A stretch of DNA of 64,000 nt from Candidatus Dojkabacteria bacterium (GTDB lineage Bacteria; Patescibacteriota; Dojkabacteria; SC72). The stretch is from the NCBI GenBank assembly GCA_034005145.1, contig JAVEVH010000001.1, positions 1,899-65,898 on the forward strand, given 5' to 3'. Below the pieces are notes generated by a model. It had not been told where the DNA came from. It worked only from the letters and a program-made list of their open reading frames with translations, and searched no databases. The position numbers and the translations under genes are program-made. Numbering within the stretch: the stretch's first letter is position 1; each line of letters opens with the position of its first letter. Of the stretch, positions 40,371-50,102 are shown piece after piece.

Positions 40371-41360
40371 TTAACTAGCTAATTGCCCACAAGCACCCTT
40401 AATATCCTCTCCTAAAGATTTTCTAATAGTGCATGTAATACCTCTTTCCTGTAATATCCTTTGGAATAGGGGGGTATTTTTGGATTTCTTAAAAGGTAAA
40501 CACTCATTCTCATTGTAATTAATTAGGTTTACTAAGGCTAATCTATCCTTTAATAGGTTTGCTAACTCTTTAGCATGTTCTACACTATCATTTATATTTC
40601 TAAGTAATACATACTCATATGTTATCCTCTTGTTACTCTTTTTTGTGTATGAATCTAACGTCTCTAAAAGGTCTTTTAAAGAATTACTATTAGATACAGT
40701 AGGCATTAGCATATTTCTTAACTTTTGATTAGGTGCATGTAAACTAATCGCAATCTTAACTCCTAAGTTTTTGGCTAAAAAGGTCCTTAAATTTTGAACA
40801 TAGCCTGAAGTAGACAATGTTACACGCCTTTTAGAAAAGGCTAACATATCCTTAGCTGTTATAGCGATAATTGAGAGTGAAACATTCTCTAAATTGAGTA
40901 GGGGCTCTCCCATACCCATGTATACAATGTTTGTTACTCTCTCATTTTGAGATTTTAAAATTCTACAAAAGTACAGTATCTGATCTAATATCTGTTGAGA
41001 ATCTAGATTCTCATTTAAACCCATCTGACCAGTAGCACAGAATATACATCCTACAGGGCACCCACTCATACAGCTTACACATACAGTATTTCTACCTTTC
41101 TCTTTCATTAATACACTTTCAATATGATTCCCTTTTTCTGTTTTAAAAAGTACTTTTTGAGTATTACCATCTTTAGAGGTATTAGAGGATATATATATCA
41201 GTTTTGAGAAGGGTATTTCCTCTTTAAGTTGCTCTCTTAAATCCTTTGGTAGAGTAGACATTTCATCCCATGAAGACACAAAATCTTTGTAGTAATGGCT
41301 ATTAATTTGTGATATCCTATAGGTAGGTAAATTGTGTTTTTTAACAAAGGTTTTAAACAT
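40371..41360 (-). CDS. rlmN: 23S rRNA (adenine2503-C2)-methyltransferase RlmN (radical SAM)
   Basis: Radical-SAM CxxxCxxC in VSCMSGCPVGCIFCATGQMG plus the downstream conserved Cys. RlmN/Cfr family architecture. Confidence 0.85.
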   Translation of the reverse strand: MFKTFVKKHNLPTYRISQINSHYYKDFVSSWDEMSTLPKDLREQLKEEIPFSKLIYISSNTSKDGNTQKVLFKTEKGNHIESVLMKEKGRNTVCVSCMSGCPVGCIFCATGQMGLNENLDSQQILDQILYFCRILKSQNERVTNIVYMGMGEPLLNLENVSLSIIAITAKDMLAFSKRRVTLSTSGYVQNLRTFLAKNLGVKIAISLHAPNQKLRNMLMPTVSNSNSLKDLLETLDSYTKKSNKRITYEYVLLRNINDSVEHAKELANLLKDRLALVNLINYNENECLPFKKSKNTPLFQRILQERGITCTIRKSLGEDIKGACGQLAS

Positions 41361-41378
41361 ACTAAATTATATTTCAAT

Positions 41379-41876
41379 ATGAAAATGAAAGATAGTGGAG
41401 AGATATTAGAGAACTATGAATTTATAATAGTGGATGACTCCAGAGATAAAATAGATAATATTAGAAAAGAATTAACATCTTTAGAAGTGTTACCAAGAAT
41501 AGTAACGGGTGATGATGATTATATGGCAAGGACATTTCGGATTGTTAAAGAGGCATACAAAGAGGATAAAATACCCTTTTTGTTTTTAGATGAATATTTG
41601 GATATTCATTTCTCAGAATATGGTAGCAGTATCGCAGAAACCCTTATTGAATTCTTCGGAGAGAAGGGTGGAGTAATATTCCCGACTTCGGAATCTTTAA
41701 ACCATCAGCTTTGGAAGATTGATTTTTTAGTAAAAGATAGTAAAGATTGGTATATTGAAAGAGATTCTCATAGGGTAAAAGGAGAGAATCTCTCTAGTAA
41801 TATAAATGAGATTTGTAAAGAATATTTTTTCAAAAAAGATAAAGAAGAGAATAATTCAGAAATAAAGAATGGATAA
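41379..41876 (+). CDS. Hypothetical protein (start uncertain; the track's GTG at 41334 would overlap the divergent rlmN start)
   Basis: ORF only. First in-frame ATGs at 41379 and 41385. Confidence 0.3.
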   Translation: MKMKDSGEILENYEFIIVDDSRDKIDNIRKELTSLEVLPRIVTGDDDYMARTFRIVKEAYKEDKIPFLFLDEYLDIHFSEYGSSIAETLIEFFGEKGGVIFPTSESLNHQLWKIDFLVKDSKDWYIERDSHRVKGENLSSNINEICKEYFFKKDKEENNSEIKNG

Positions 41877-42369
41877 GAACAAGATTTCAAAATTTAGACC
41901 AATAATACCTGCTAGACTTCATACTGCTGCGTATATTGATTGGAGAAAGTATTTCTTTGCTCTTGGTACTGACTACCCTGTTTCTTACTTTGAGAGATTG
42001 GATCTTACTGCTGGGAATTTCGTAATATATTCCTGTTTAGAGAGTTGTGAAGAGAACAAAATACCCTTAATTGTAATGAATAGGGAGATTACTCTTAAGC
42101 CGTCATTGTATTTTAATACTACTTGGTTTAGAGATTTCTTTGGTACTTTAAAGCAGTTAAAAATAGCAGGAGTAATAGTCACAGATACAAGTGACGAGGG
42201 AAAGGAGCTAAATAGTGATATTAAAAGGATATTAGAGGAGGAAAAGAATAGGGATTGGATGGTAGAGAGTGTAGATAGGTTGGAAGATATAGAGGGTGTG
42301 TGTGAGAAATATATAGAAAAGATTGAATATATTAATCCAATCAGTATAGAATATAGGGAGAAGAAATAA
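41869..42369 (+). CDS. Hypothetical protein (166 aa), overlaps the previous ORF by 8 nt
   Basis: ORF only. Confidence 0.35.
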   Translation: MDKNKISKFRPIIPARLHTAAYIDWRKYFFALGTDYPVSYFERLDLTAGNFVIYSCLESCEENKIPLIVMNREITLKPSLYFNTTWFRDFFGTLKQLKIAGVIVTDTSDEGKELNSDIKRILEEEKNRDWMVESVDRLEDIEGVCEKYIEKIEYINPISIEYREKK

Positions 42370-42387
42370 ATTAAGTATTTACTGCCC

Positions 42388-43758
42388 ATGGCTGTTCAGT
42401 TTAATTACGTTGCCCCTAAGGGGTGGAGTCCTCCTAATGCAGATAAAGACTATTTAATCACATACCTAGATATTGAGTTAGCAGATGGGATATCAGATGA
42501 TAACTTTGAAGATGCTGCAGGTAGTTGTGCAGCTGAGAGTTCTACTGGTACATGGACTAAGGTAGATGAGGGAAAACACTCTGGTACTAAGTTAGCGGAT
42601 AAACTTAAGGCAGTAGCGTATGACTTAGATCCTAAGACAAAGACTTTTAAGATTGCATACAAGAAAGAGATCTTTGAAGAGGGTAATATGGCCGGATTGT
42701 TTGCTGGTATTGCGGGTAATATCGATAGTATGAAGATGTTAAAGGCATTTAGATTAATCGATGTCCGATTCCCTGAGAGTCTTGTTAAGAGCTTTCCTGG
42801 TCCTCAATTTGGTATTACTGGTGTAAGAGATTTTATGCAAATAGAAAGAGGTCCTTTAATGTGTACTGTACCTAAGCCTAAGGTAGGTAGAACTGCTAAA
42901 GAGCAGGCATATTTAGCTAAAATCCTCTTTACTGCAGCTAAGGGTGAGTTCCAGGGTATTAAGGATGATGAGAATCTAACTAGTTTGTATTTTAATAAGT
43001 TTGAAGATAGGTGTAAGTTAGTACATGAAGTACAAAGAGATATTGAGAAGAAGAGTGGTAAGAAGAAGTTGTATCTATGTAATACTACACACTCAGACTT
43101 AGACATTATGCTTGATAGGGCAGACCTAATCAAAAAGCATGGTGGTAGATGGATGATGATTGATGTTGTTACTACTGGGTTTACTGCAGTTCAAACAGTA
43201 AGAAAGCATAACCCTGGTTTAGCTATACATGCACATAGGGCTATGCACGGTCTTTTAGATAGAGAGTCAGGCCCTGGAGTACATGATAAAGGGGAGATAT
43301 TAGACTTCTCTATGTCTATGGTCGTAATTGCTAAAATCATGCGTTTACTAGGCGTAGATTCACTACATGGTGGAGCTCCTAAGACAAAGATGGAGAATTA
43401 CAATGAACCTAAATTAATACAGGAAGCCTTACAGGCAGATATTACACCAGAGAGTGATATGACACTTGGTCAAAATTGGTTTGGTATGAAAGGAGTTTGG
43501 CATACAGCTTCAGGTGGTTTACACTCTGGAACAATAGGGGACTCTATCCTTAAATTGGGTGAAGATATAATACTGCAAGCAGGTGGAGGAGTATTGGGTC
43601 ATCCATGGGGTATTGAAGCTGGTGTAGAAGCAATGGTTGAAGCTAGAGATATCGCTATGGAAAGGAAAGATTTAAAGCAATGGATATTAGATAATCCACA
43701 GAGTGCTCTTGCTAAGGCAGCCTCGCATTGGGGATTTGATCCTAGAATTGTATATTAG
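42388..43758 (+). CDS. rbcL: RuBisCO large-subunit, form II/III (archaeal/CPR) type
   Basis: Catalytic motifs: KPK.G (VPKPKVGRTAKE), carbamylated-Lys motif GIKDDENL, HAHRAMHG, and C-terminal SGGLHSGT...LQAGGGVLGHPWG. 456 aa, no small-subunit gene nearby. Confidence 0.85.
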   Translation: MAVQFNYVAPKGWSPPNADKDYLITYLDIELADGISDDNFEDAAGSCAAESSTGTWTKVDEGKHSGTKLADKLKAVAYDLDPKTKTFKIAYKKEIFEEGNMAGLFAGIAGNIDSMKMLKAFRLIDVRFPESLVKSFPGPQFGITGVRDFMQIERGPLMCTVPKPKVGRTAKEQAYLAKILFTAAKGEFQGIKDDENLTSLYFNKFEDRCKLVHEVQRDIEKKSGKKKLYLCNTTHSDLDIMLDRADLIKKHGGRWMMIDVVTTGFTAVQTVRKHNPGLAIHAHRAMHGLLDRESGPGVHDKGEILDFSMSMVVIAKIMRLLGVDSLHGGAPKTKMENYNEPKLIQEALQADITPESDMTLGQNWFGMKGVWHTASGGLHSGTIGDSILKLGEDIILQAGGGVLGHPWGIEAGVEAMVEARDIAMERKDLKQWILDNPQSALAKAASHWGFDPRIVY

Positions 43759-43783
43759 TAAAAAAGTATTGTACAATACCGCT

Positions 43784-45250
43784 ATGACAAACAAAGGTAT
43801 AACACCAAGAGAGAAAGATTACTCACAGTGGTATTTAGATATCATTGAAAGAGCAGAGTTAGCAGAAAACTCCTCAGTAAGAGGATGTATGGTGATAAAG
43901 CCATATGGTTTTGCAATATGGGAAAAGATTCAAGCTGAATTAAACAGAAGGATTAAGAGTATGGGAGTTAGTAATGCATACTTCCCCCTCTTTATCCCTA
44001 AATCATTCTTTTCTAAAGAGGCCCAACATATTAAGGGTTTTGCTAAAGAGTGTGCTGTAGTAACACATTACAGACTAAAAGAAACAGAGGATGGTAAGGG
44101 TGTAGAGGTAGATCCTGAGGCTAAATTAGAAGAAGAATTAATAGTTAGGCCTACCTCAGAAACCATTATGTATGATACCTTTTCAAGATGGGTTACCTCA
44201 TGGAGAGATTTACCTTTAAAGATTAATCAGTGGGCTAATATTGTTAGATGGGAAAAAAGAACGAGACCGTTTTTAAGAACTACTGAGTTTCTTTGGCAAG
44301 AGGGTCATACAGTTCATATGAGTCATGAGGAGTCCCAAAAGCAGGTTCTAGATGCACTAGAGATGTACAAAAGCTTTGCAAGAGAGGTCTTAGCGCTAGA
44401 TACATATACTGGTAAAAAGTCAGAGTCAGAGAAGTTTGCAGGGGCTTTAGATACCTATGGTGTAGAAGCACTCATGCAGGACGGTAAGGCTCTGCAGTTT
44501 GGAACCTCACATGACCTTGGTCAGAATTTTTCTAAATCTTTTGAAATTAAATATGCAGACAAAGATGGAGAGGTTAAATATCCTTGGCAAACAAGCTGGG
44601 GTGTAAGTACAAGAATGATGGGAGCTGTAATCATGTCTCATAGTGATGATTTAGGGTTAGTATTACCTCCAATAATAGCGCCTATAAAAGTAGTAGTGAT
44701 TCCTATATTTAAGGATGAAAATAAAGATGAGGTTATGAAATTCACTCAAAATATTACAGGTCAGATTACTAAAAAAATAGAGGATACTCACATAGATGAT
44801 AGGGAGTATCTATCTCCTGGCTTTAAATTTAATGAGTGGGAGAAGAAGGGAGTACCAATTAGAATAGAGATTGGGAAAAGAGATATAGAAAAAGATTCCG
44901 TTACTATAGTGAGAAGAGATATTAATGAGAAAAAAGAGATTAAAGTGGATGATATAGTAGGGGAGATTGAGAGAGTATTAATAGATATACAGGAATCTTT
45001 ACTAAGAAGATCTACAGAGATATTAAAGAAGGGTACACATACAGTAGAGTCATATGATGAGTTTAAAAAGATATTATTAGGAGATAAAGGTTTTATTAAA
45101 TCATACTGGTGTGGTAGTAAGGAGTGTGAAGATGGTATTAAATATGACAGTAAGGCTACGACTAGATGTTTTTCTAAGGAGGGTAGTGGCAAGTGTATAT
45201 ACTGTGGTAAAGAGAGTAAAAAGGAGTGGGTATTTGCCATTCCATATTAG
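43784..45250 (+). CDS. proS: Prolyl-tRNA synthetase, archaeal/eukaryote-like type (C-terminal Zn-binding domain)
   Basis: Class II core (motif 2/3 regions) and C-terminal Cys-rich tail CGSKECEDG...CIYCGKES...FAIPY. In-frame ATG at 43784 preferred over the track's GTG at 43703. Confidence 0.85.
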   Translation: MTNKGITPREKDYSQWYLDIIERAELAENSSVRGCMVIKPYGFAIWEKIQAELNRRIKSMGVSNAYFPLFIPKSFFSKEAQHIKGFAKECAVVTHYRLKETEDGKGVEVDPEAKLEEELIVRPTSETIMYDTFSRWVTSWRDLPLKINQWANIVRWEKRTRPFLRTTEFLWQEGHTVHMSHEESQKQVLDALEMYKSFAREVLALDTYTGKKSESEKFAGALDTYGVEALMQDGKALQFGTSHDLGQNFSKSFEIKYADKDGEVKYPWQTSWGVSTRMMGAVIMSHSDDLGLVLPPIIAPIKVVVIPIFKDENKDEVMKFTQNITGQITKKIEDTHIDDREYLSPGFKFNEWEKKGVPIRIEIGKRDIEKDSVTIVRRDINEKKEIKVDDIVGEIERVLIDIQESLLRRSTEILKKGTHTVESYDEFKKILLGDKGFIKSYWCGSKECEDGIKYDSKATTRCFSKEGSGKCIYCGKESKKEWVFAIPY

Positions 45251-45448
45251 TGAAACGTGGAGAAATTTCAAATGTTACACAATCCTAATTCTGTTCCAAT
45301 GGCATGAACATCAGTGTCAATATTTTTGAACACACCTATACAAATTAGTACCTTTAATAGGCATTTTTAAGAGGTGAGCTATTTTACACAAGGGGTTGTC
45401 ATAGAAAGTGGAAGGGGTCTCTCAATTACTGCTTACGGAATTTTCACT

Positions 45449-48307
45449 CTAAAAACCATTTCTCCTTAACCATTCTCCAGTGTAACTTTGAGTACCATTT
45501 TTTACATCATCGAGTGTACCTTGGGCTACAATCTCTCCACCCTTGTCTCCACCATCTGGTCCGAGGTCTATAATCCAATCTGAGAATTTTATAATGTCTA
45601 AGTTATGCTCAATAACCAGTACTGTGTTACCCTTGGTTACTAATTTTTTAAGTAAGTTTAATAGCTTATCAGTATCGTAGAAGTGAAGACCTGTAGTGGG
45701 TTCGTCTAATATATATATTGTATGACCTCTAGTTTGTTTAGAGAGCTCTTTAGCTAACTTAATTCTTTGAGATTCTCCTCCAGAGAGTGTTAGTGCTGAT
45801 TGACCTAGTTTAATATATCCTAAACCAACGTCTTGTAGTATGGAGAGTTTATTTTTTAATGATGGTATATCTTTAAATATATTAAGGGCCTGGTCTACAG
45901 TCATATCTAATATCTCTGCTATATTCTTACCCTTATAGTCGATACTTAATGCTTCCTCATTGTATCTTTTACCATTACATTCATCACATGTAATATACAT
46001 ATCTGGAAGAAATTGCATCTCTACTTTAATCTCTCCATCTCCCTTACACTTCTCACATCTGCCACCTTTTACATTGAAACTAAATCTTCCACTCTTATAC
46101 CCCCTTGCTCTAGCTTCCTGTGTCTGAGAAAACATATCTCTAATGTAAGTGAATATTCCTGTATATGTTGCGGGGTTAGATCTAGGTGTTCTTCCTATTG
46201 GTTTTTGGTCTATACCAATTACCTTATCAATATGTTCTAAACCAGTTATATCCTCATATTTACCCTCTATCTGTTTACCATTCATTTTTCTATTCATTAG
46301 TACAGGGTAGAGAGTATCGTTTATTAATGAAGACTTACCACTTCCTGATACACCTGTTATACATGTAAATGTATTAAGTGGTATATCGAGGTTAATATTT
46401 TTCAGATTGTTTGTAGTAATACCCTTTAGAGAGATATATTTAGGCTTTGTATTTAACTCTAGGCCCTTATTTATATCCTCTCCAATATTTAATCTCTTAG
46501 AAAGGTACTTACCAGTTAGTGAATCAGATTTTTTAATATCATCTATCTTACCTTGTGCTACAACCTCACCACCATGCTCTCCTGCCTTAGGACCTATATC
46601 TATTATCCAATCAGCTCTCTCCATCGTTTCTTGGTCATGCTCTACTATTACAACACTATTACCGGTATCTCTAAGAGACTCTATTGATGTTAGTAATTTA
46701 TCAATATCTTTAGGATGGAGACCAATGGAGGGTTCATCTAGTACATACAGTACTCCTGTTAACCCTGTTCCTATCTGTGATGCTAACCTAATTCTTTGTG
46801 ATTCACCTCCAGAGAGTGTATTTGCTTTTCTAGAGAGAGTTATATAGTTGAGTCCTACATTAACTAGAAACTGTAATCTACTACTAACTTCTTTAAGTAT
46901 TGGTTGTGCTATCTGTTTTTTGTTTCCATCTAATGAGAGTGTTTCTATATATCCTTTTAATGTATCTATTGGTAAGTTGCTCATCTCAATGATATTGTAC
47001 TTACCTATGGTTACAGCTAGTGAGTACGGTTTTAATCTATCTCCATTACAGCTATCACATACTCTTTCTGCCATATATTTCTCAATATCAACCTTCCTAT
47101 ACTCTGAATCAGTCTCTTTATACAATCTTTCTAACTCATTAGTAACTCCCTCATACTGTACATCATATATTCTCTCTTTACCGAAACGATTTGTATATTG
47201 AATTCTATATGACTCTTTAGCATTACTTCCAAAGAGTATTAGATCTAATATCTCTTTAGGATATTTGCCTAACTGAGTTTGTAAATCAAAGTTATGTTCC
47301 TTAGCTACGCTTTCTAATATTCTTCTTGTCCAGGAGTCTTTAGTAGTCCTATTACCCCAAGGAAAGATTCCTCCCTCTGATATTGTTAAGTTAGGATTAT
47401 ATATCTTAGTTATATCTATCTCATTTATAATACCCAAGCCAGAGCACTTAGGACATGCTCCTTCTGGTGCATTGAATGAGAAAGAGGCAGGTGTAATTTT
47501 AGGGTATGAGATTTGACACTTAAAACATGTATTCTTTTCAGAGAAGAAATATTCTTTTTTATCTATTAATACCTTTATCTCACCATCTGAAAGAGATGTA
47601 GCTAACTCTAAGGAGTCTATTAATCTCTTCTTAAATGACTCTTTATCATCCTCTAGCATCTTGTAAGTTAACCTATCTACTACTAAATCTATTGTATGTT
47701 TAATATTGGAATCTAGATTTAAATCCTCTATATCATCTAAATGATATGTATCTCCATCTATTATCACTCTAGAAAAACCTTTACTATGCAATTTTGAGAG
47801 TAGGGCAGTATATTCTCCTTTTCTACTTTTTACTAAGGGAGAGAGTAGTTGGATATTCTCTTTATCTTTTTTAATTAGGTTTAATATTCTCTGTGATATC
47901 TGTTGAATACTCTGAGATGATATTTCACTACCACATGTAGGACAGTGGGGTTGCCCTATATGCCCGTACAGTAATCTTAAATATCCATATATCTCTGTAA
48001 TGGTACCTACAGTGGATCTAGGGTTACTACTTGTTGTTTTTTGGTCTATTGATATTGCTGGAGAAAGACCTGTAATGGAATCTACATCAGGCTTATGCAT
48101 TAGTCCTAGAAACTGTCTAGCGTATGAAGAGAGAGACTCTACATATCTTCTCTGTCCTTCTGCATACAGTGTATCGAATGCTAGAGATGATTTACCACTT
48201 CCAGATACTCCTGTTAATACAACTAACTTATTTTTAGGTATATCTAAAGAAATATCCTTAAGATTATGCTCTTTAGCTCCCTTTATTTCTATATATTCTT
48301 TGTTCAT
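45449..48307 (-). CDS. uvrA: Excinuclease ABC subunit A
   Basis: Two ABC ATPase modules (GVSGSGKSSL x2, signature LSGGESQRI x2) and zinc-finger Cys pairs. 952 aa. Confidence 0.9.
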   Translation of the reverse strand: MNKEYIEIKGAKEHNLKDISLDIPKNKLVVLTGVSGSGKSSLAFDTLYAEGQRRYVESLSSYARQFLGLMHKPDVDSITGLSPAISIDQKTTSSNPRSTVGTITEIYGYLRLLYGHIGQPHCPTCGSEISSQSIQQISQRILNLIKKDKENIQLLSPLVKSRKGEYTALLSKLHSKGFSRVIIDGDTYHLDDIEDLNLDSNIKHTIDLVVDRLTYKMLEDDKESFKKRLIDSLELATSLSDGEIKVLIDKKEYFFSEKNTCFKCQISYPKITPASFSFNAPEGACPKCSGLGIINEIDITKIYNPNLTISEGGIFPWGNRTTKDSWTRRILESVAKEHNFDLQTQLGKYPKEILDLILFGSNAKESYRIQYTNRFGKERIYDVQYEGVTNELERLYKETDSEYRKVDIEKYMAERVCDSCNGDRLKPYSLAVTIGKYNIIEMSNLPIDTLKGYIETLSLDGNKKQIAQPILKEVSSRLQFLVNVGLNYITLSRKANTLSGGESQRIRLASQIGTGLTGVLYVLDEPSIGLHPKDIDKLLTSIESLRDTGNSVVIVEHDQETMERADWIIDIGPKAGEHGGEVVAQGKIDDIKKSDSLTGKYLSKRLNIGEDINKGLELNTKPKYISLKGITTNNLKNINLDIPLNTFTCITGVSGSGKSSLINDTLYPVLMNRKMNGKQIEGKYEDITGLEHIDKVIGIDQKPIGRTPRSNPATYTGIFTYIRDMFSQTQEARARGYKSGRFSFNVKGGRCEKCKGDGEIKVEMQFLPDMYITCDECNGKRYNEEALSIDYKGKNIAEILDMTVDQALNIFKDIPSLKNKLSILQDVGLGYIKLGQSALTLSGGESQRIKLAKELSKQTRGHTIYILDEPTTGLHFYDTDKLLNLLKKLVTKGNTVLVIEHNLDIIKFSDWIIDLGPDGGDKGGEIVAQGTLDDVKNGTQSYTGEWLRRNGF

Positions 48308-48386
48308 GACAACTTACATTATATCATGATTTTCTTAATCTATTACCTTAAATTAGAGGTATGGAGATGGTATAATAACGGGGATT

Positions 48387-48460
48387 GCACCCGTAGCTCA
48401 ATTGGATAGAGCAACGCACTCCTAACGCGTAGGTTACTGGTTCGATTCCGGTCGGGTGCA
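48387..48460 (+). tRNA. tRNA-Arg (anticodon CCU)
   Basis: Acceptor GCACCCG/CGGGUGC, D-arm identical to the other two tRNA-Arg genes, anticodon loop CUCCUAA (one A-C mismatch closing the anticodon stem), T-arm ACTGGTTCGATTCCGGT. TGGTATAAT -10 lies 10 nt upstream. Confidence 0.65.
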
Positions 48461-48491
48461 TACCGTTAATATTTCTTACATATATACATAT

Positions 48492-50102
48492 ATGAATATG
48501 ACAGTAGATGAGCTTAAACCACCAGATAGGAAGGATGGATATCCATCTCAAACACCTATATGGTTAAGAAGAGTATTAGAGATATTACCAGGTAGTTTAA
48601 TATGGTTCTTTGTTCTATCTCCACTAATCTTTGCAATTTTTGGTTGGGAAGAGGTATTCGTATTCTATATTTCATACCTTATAATATATTGGGTTTATAG
48701 GGGGATTAAGTTTGTAGTAGGTATCGCTATTGGAGTAAAAAGAATGGAAAGGGACCTTAAGACAGACTTTCTTAAGTTAATAAAAGAAACAGATCAGAAG
48801 AGATTTGATGAACTTAAATATATATATTTATGTCCTGTATACAAAGAGGGTTTAGATGTTTTAGAGCCATCCTTTGAGGCATGGAGTAAGAGTGATGTAG
48901 GAGCTAAAAAGATACACGTTATTGTTGCAATGGAAGAGAGAAGTGCTAAGGATATTCAGATTCCTAATTTTGAAGTATTAAAGAAAAAATATGGTCATCT
49001 ATTCGCTAGTATGGAGTATTTTGTACATCCTACTGGTATTGAGGGAGAGGCTGCTGGTGTTAAGGGAGCCAATATTAATTGGGCTATGAGGAAGTATGTA
49101 AAGAGGTTAGAAGAGGAGGGGGAGGATATTCATAACTATATGCTAATTACATGTGATTGTGATTTAAGACCTAATCCTAAATATCTATCGGGTATTACTT
49201 ATAAATATCTTACTGTAGAAGATCCAGATCATAGGTACTATACAAGTGCTGTATATACACTGAATAATAATATATGGAGAGTACCAATATTAATAAGGGT
49301 ACAATCTACTATGTTAACTTTAGTTACATTACATAACTGGACTACAGAAAAGTATGAGACTATACCTTTCTCAAGTAGTGTATTTAGTTCTAAAGCCACA
49401 TTTTCTTCATATGTAGTTAATCTAAAGACATTAAAAGAGGTACATTACTGGGATCCACAGTTAGGTATAGATGATACGACATTTTTCTGGAATGCAGTAG
49501 TAAGGTATAAAGGGAACTTTAGAGGTGAAGAGGTATATTTGCCTAGTAATAGTGATGCAGTAGAGAATGAAACTATGCTTAAGTCGTATAAATCATTTTA
49601 TAAGCAGCAACATAGATGGGGGTGGGGTATTATTATATTCCCAACGACATTAGCAGCATTGATATATGAGAAGAATATGTCTATTGCATGGAAATTACAT
49701 ATGGTATTTGCCATTATTAAAAATTACATACTCTTTTTTACAGTAGTGTATCTCATGACTATCGGTTTAGATTTATTGGGAGTATTTAGTAATGACTATG
49801 CTTATAGCTCTGCTGCTTACAATCTACCTACTGCTATGAGTTTCCTTTTGAGCTTACTAATTATATGTAACCTATTCCTTATCTACTTTAGAAGAAAGTT
49901 AATCCCTATACCAAAGGAGTGGCCTCTATGGAGGAATATATTAGACTTTGGAGAGGTGGCATTAATTGCGGTACAGATGCTTACATTTGGTTTTATTCCT
50001 TACCTTCAAGCACATACAGAAATGATGTTTGGTAGAGGTTTTAAAAAGAATTTCTATGCTACAGAGAAAGTAAAAATGAAGAAGAGTAGGTTATCTAAAT
50101 AG
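48492..50102 (+). CDS. Family-2 glycosyltransferase, polytopic membrane (processive synthase-like, QxxRW motif)
   Basis: DxD-like TCDCD and Q(Q)HRWGWG motif, multiple TM helices at both ends. ATG at 48492 preferred over the upstream GTG, which would overlap the tRNA. Confidence 0.6.
   Translation: MNMTVDELKPPDRKDGYPSQTPIWLRRVLEILPGSLIWFFVLSPLIFAIFGWEEVFVFYISYLIIYWVYRGIKFVVGIAIGVKRMERDLKTDFLKLIKETDQKRFDELKYIYLCPVYKEGLDVLEPSFEAWSKSDVGAKKIHVIVAMEERSAKDIQIPNFEVLKKKYGHLFASMEYFVHPTGIEGEAAGVKGANINWAMRKYVKRLEEEGEDIHNYMLITCDCDLRPNPKYLSGITYKYLTVEDPDHRYYTSAVYTLNNNIWRVPILIRVQSTMLTLVTLHNWTTEKYETIPFSSSVFSSKATFSSYVVNLKTLKEVHYWDPQLGIDDTTFFWNAVVRYKGNFRGEEVYLPSNSDAVENETMLKSYKSFYKQQHRWGWGIIIFPTTLAALIYEKNMSIAWKLHMVFAIIKNYILFFTVVYLMTIGLDLLGVFSNDYAYSSAAYNLPTAMSFLLSLLIICNLFLIYFRRKLIPIPKEWPLWRNILDFGEVALIAVQMLTFGFIPYLQAHTEMMFGRGFKKNFYATEKVKMKKSRLSK

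Noticed and set aside
46013-48329. Several + strand ORFs (75-146 aa) inside uvrA
   Set aside because: Antisense to a highly conserved uvrA with all ABC motifs intact. No support.
48348-48551. 67-aa minus-strand ORF
   Set aside because: Overlaps and is antisense to tRNA-Arg(CCU) and the promoter region. Spurious.
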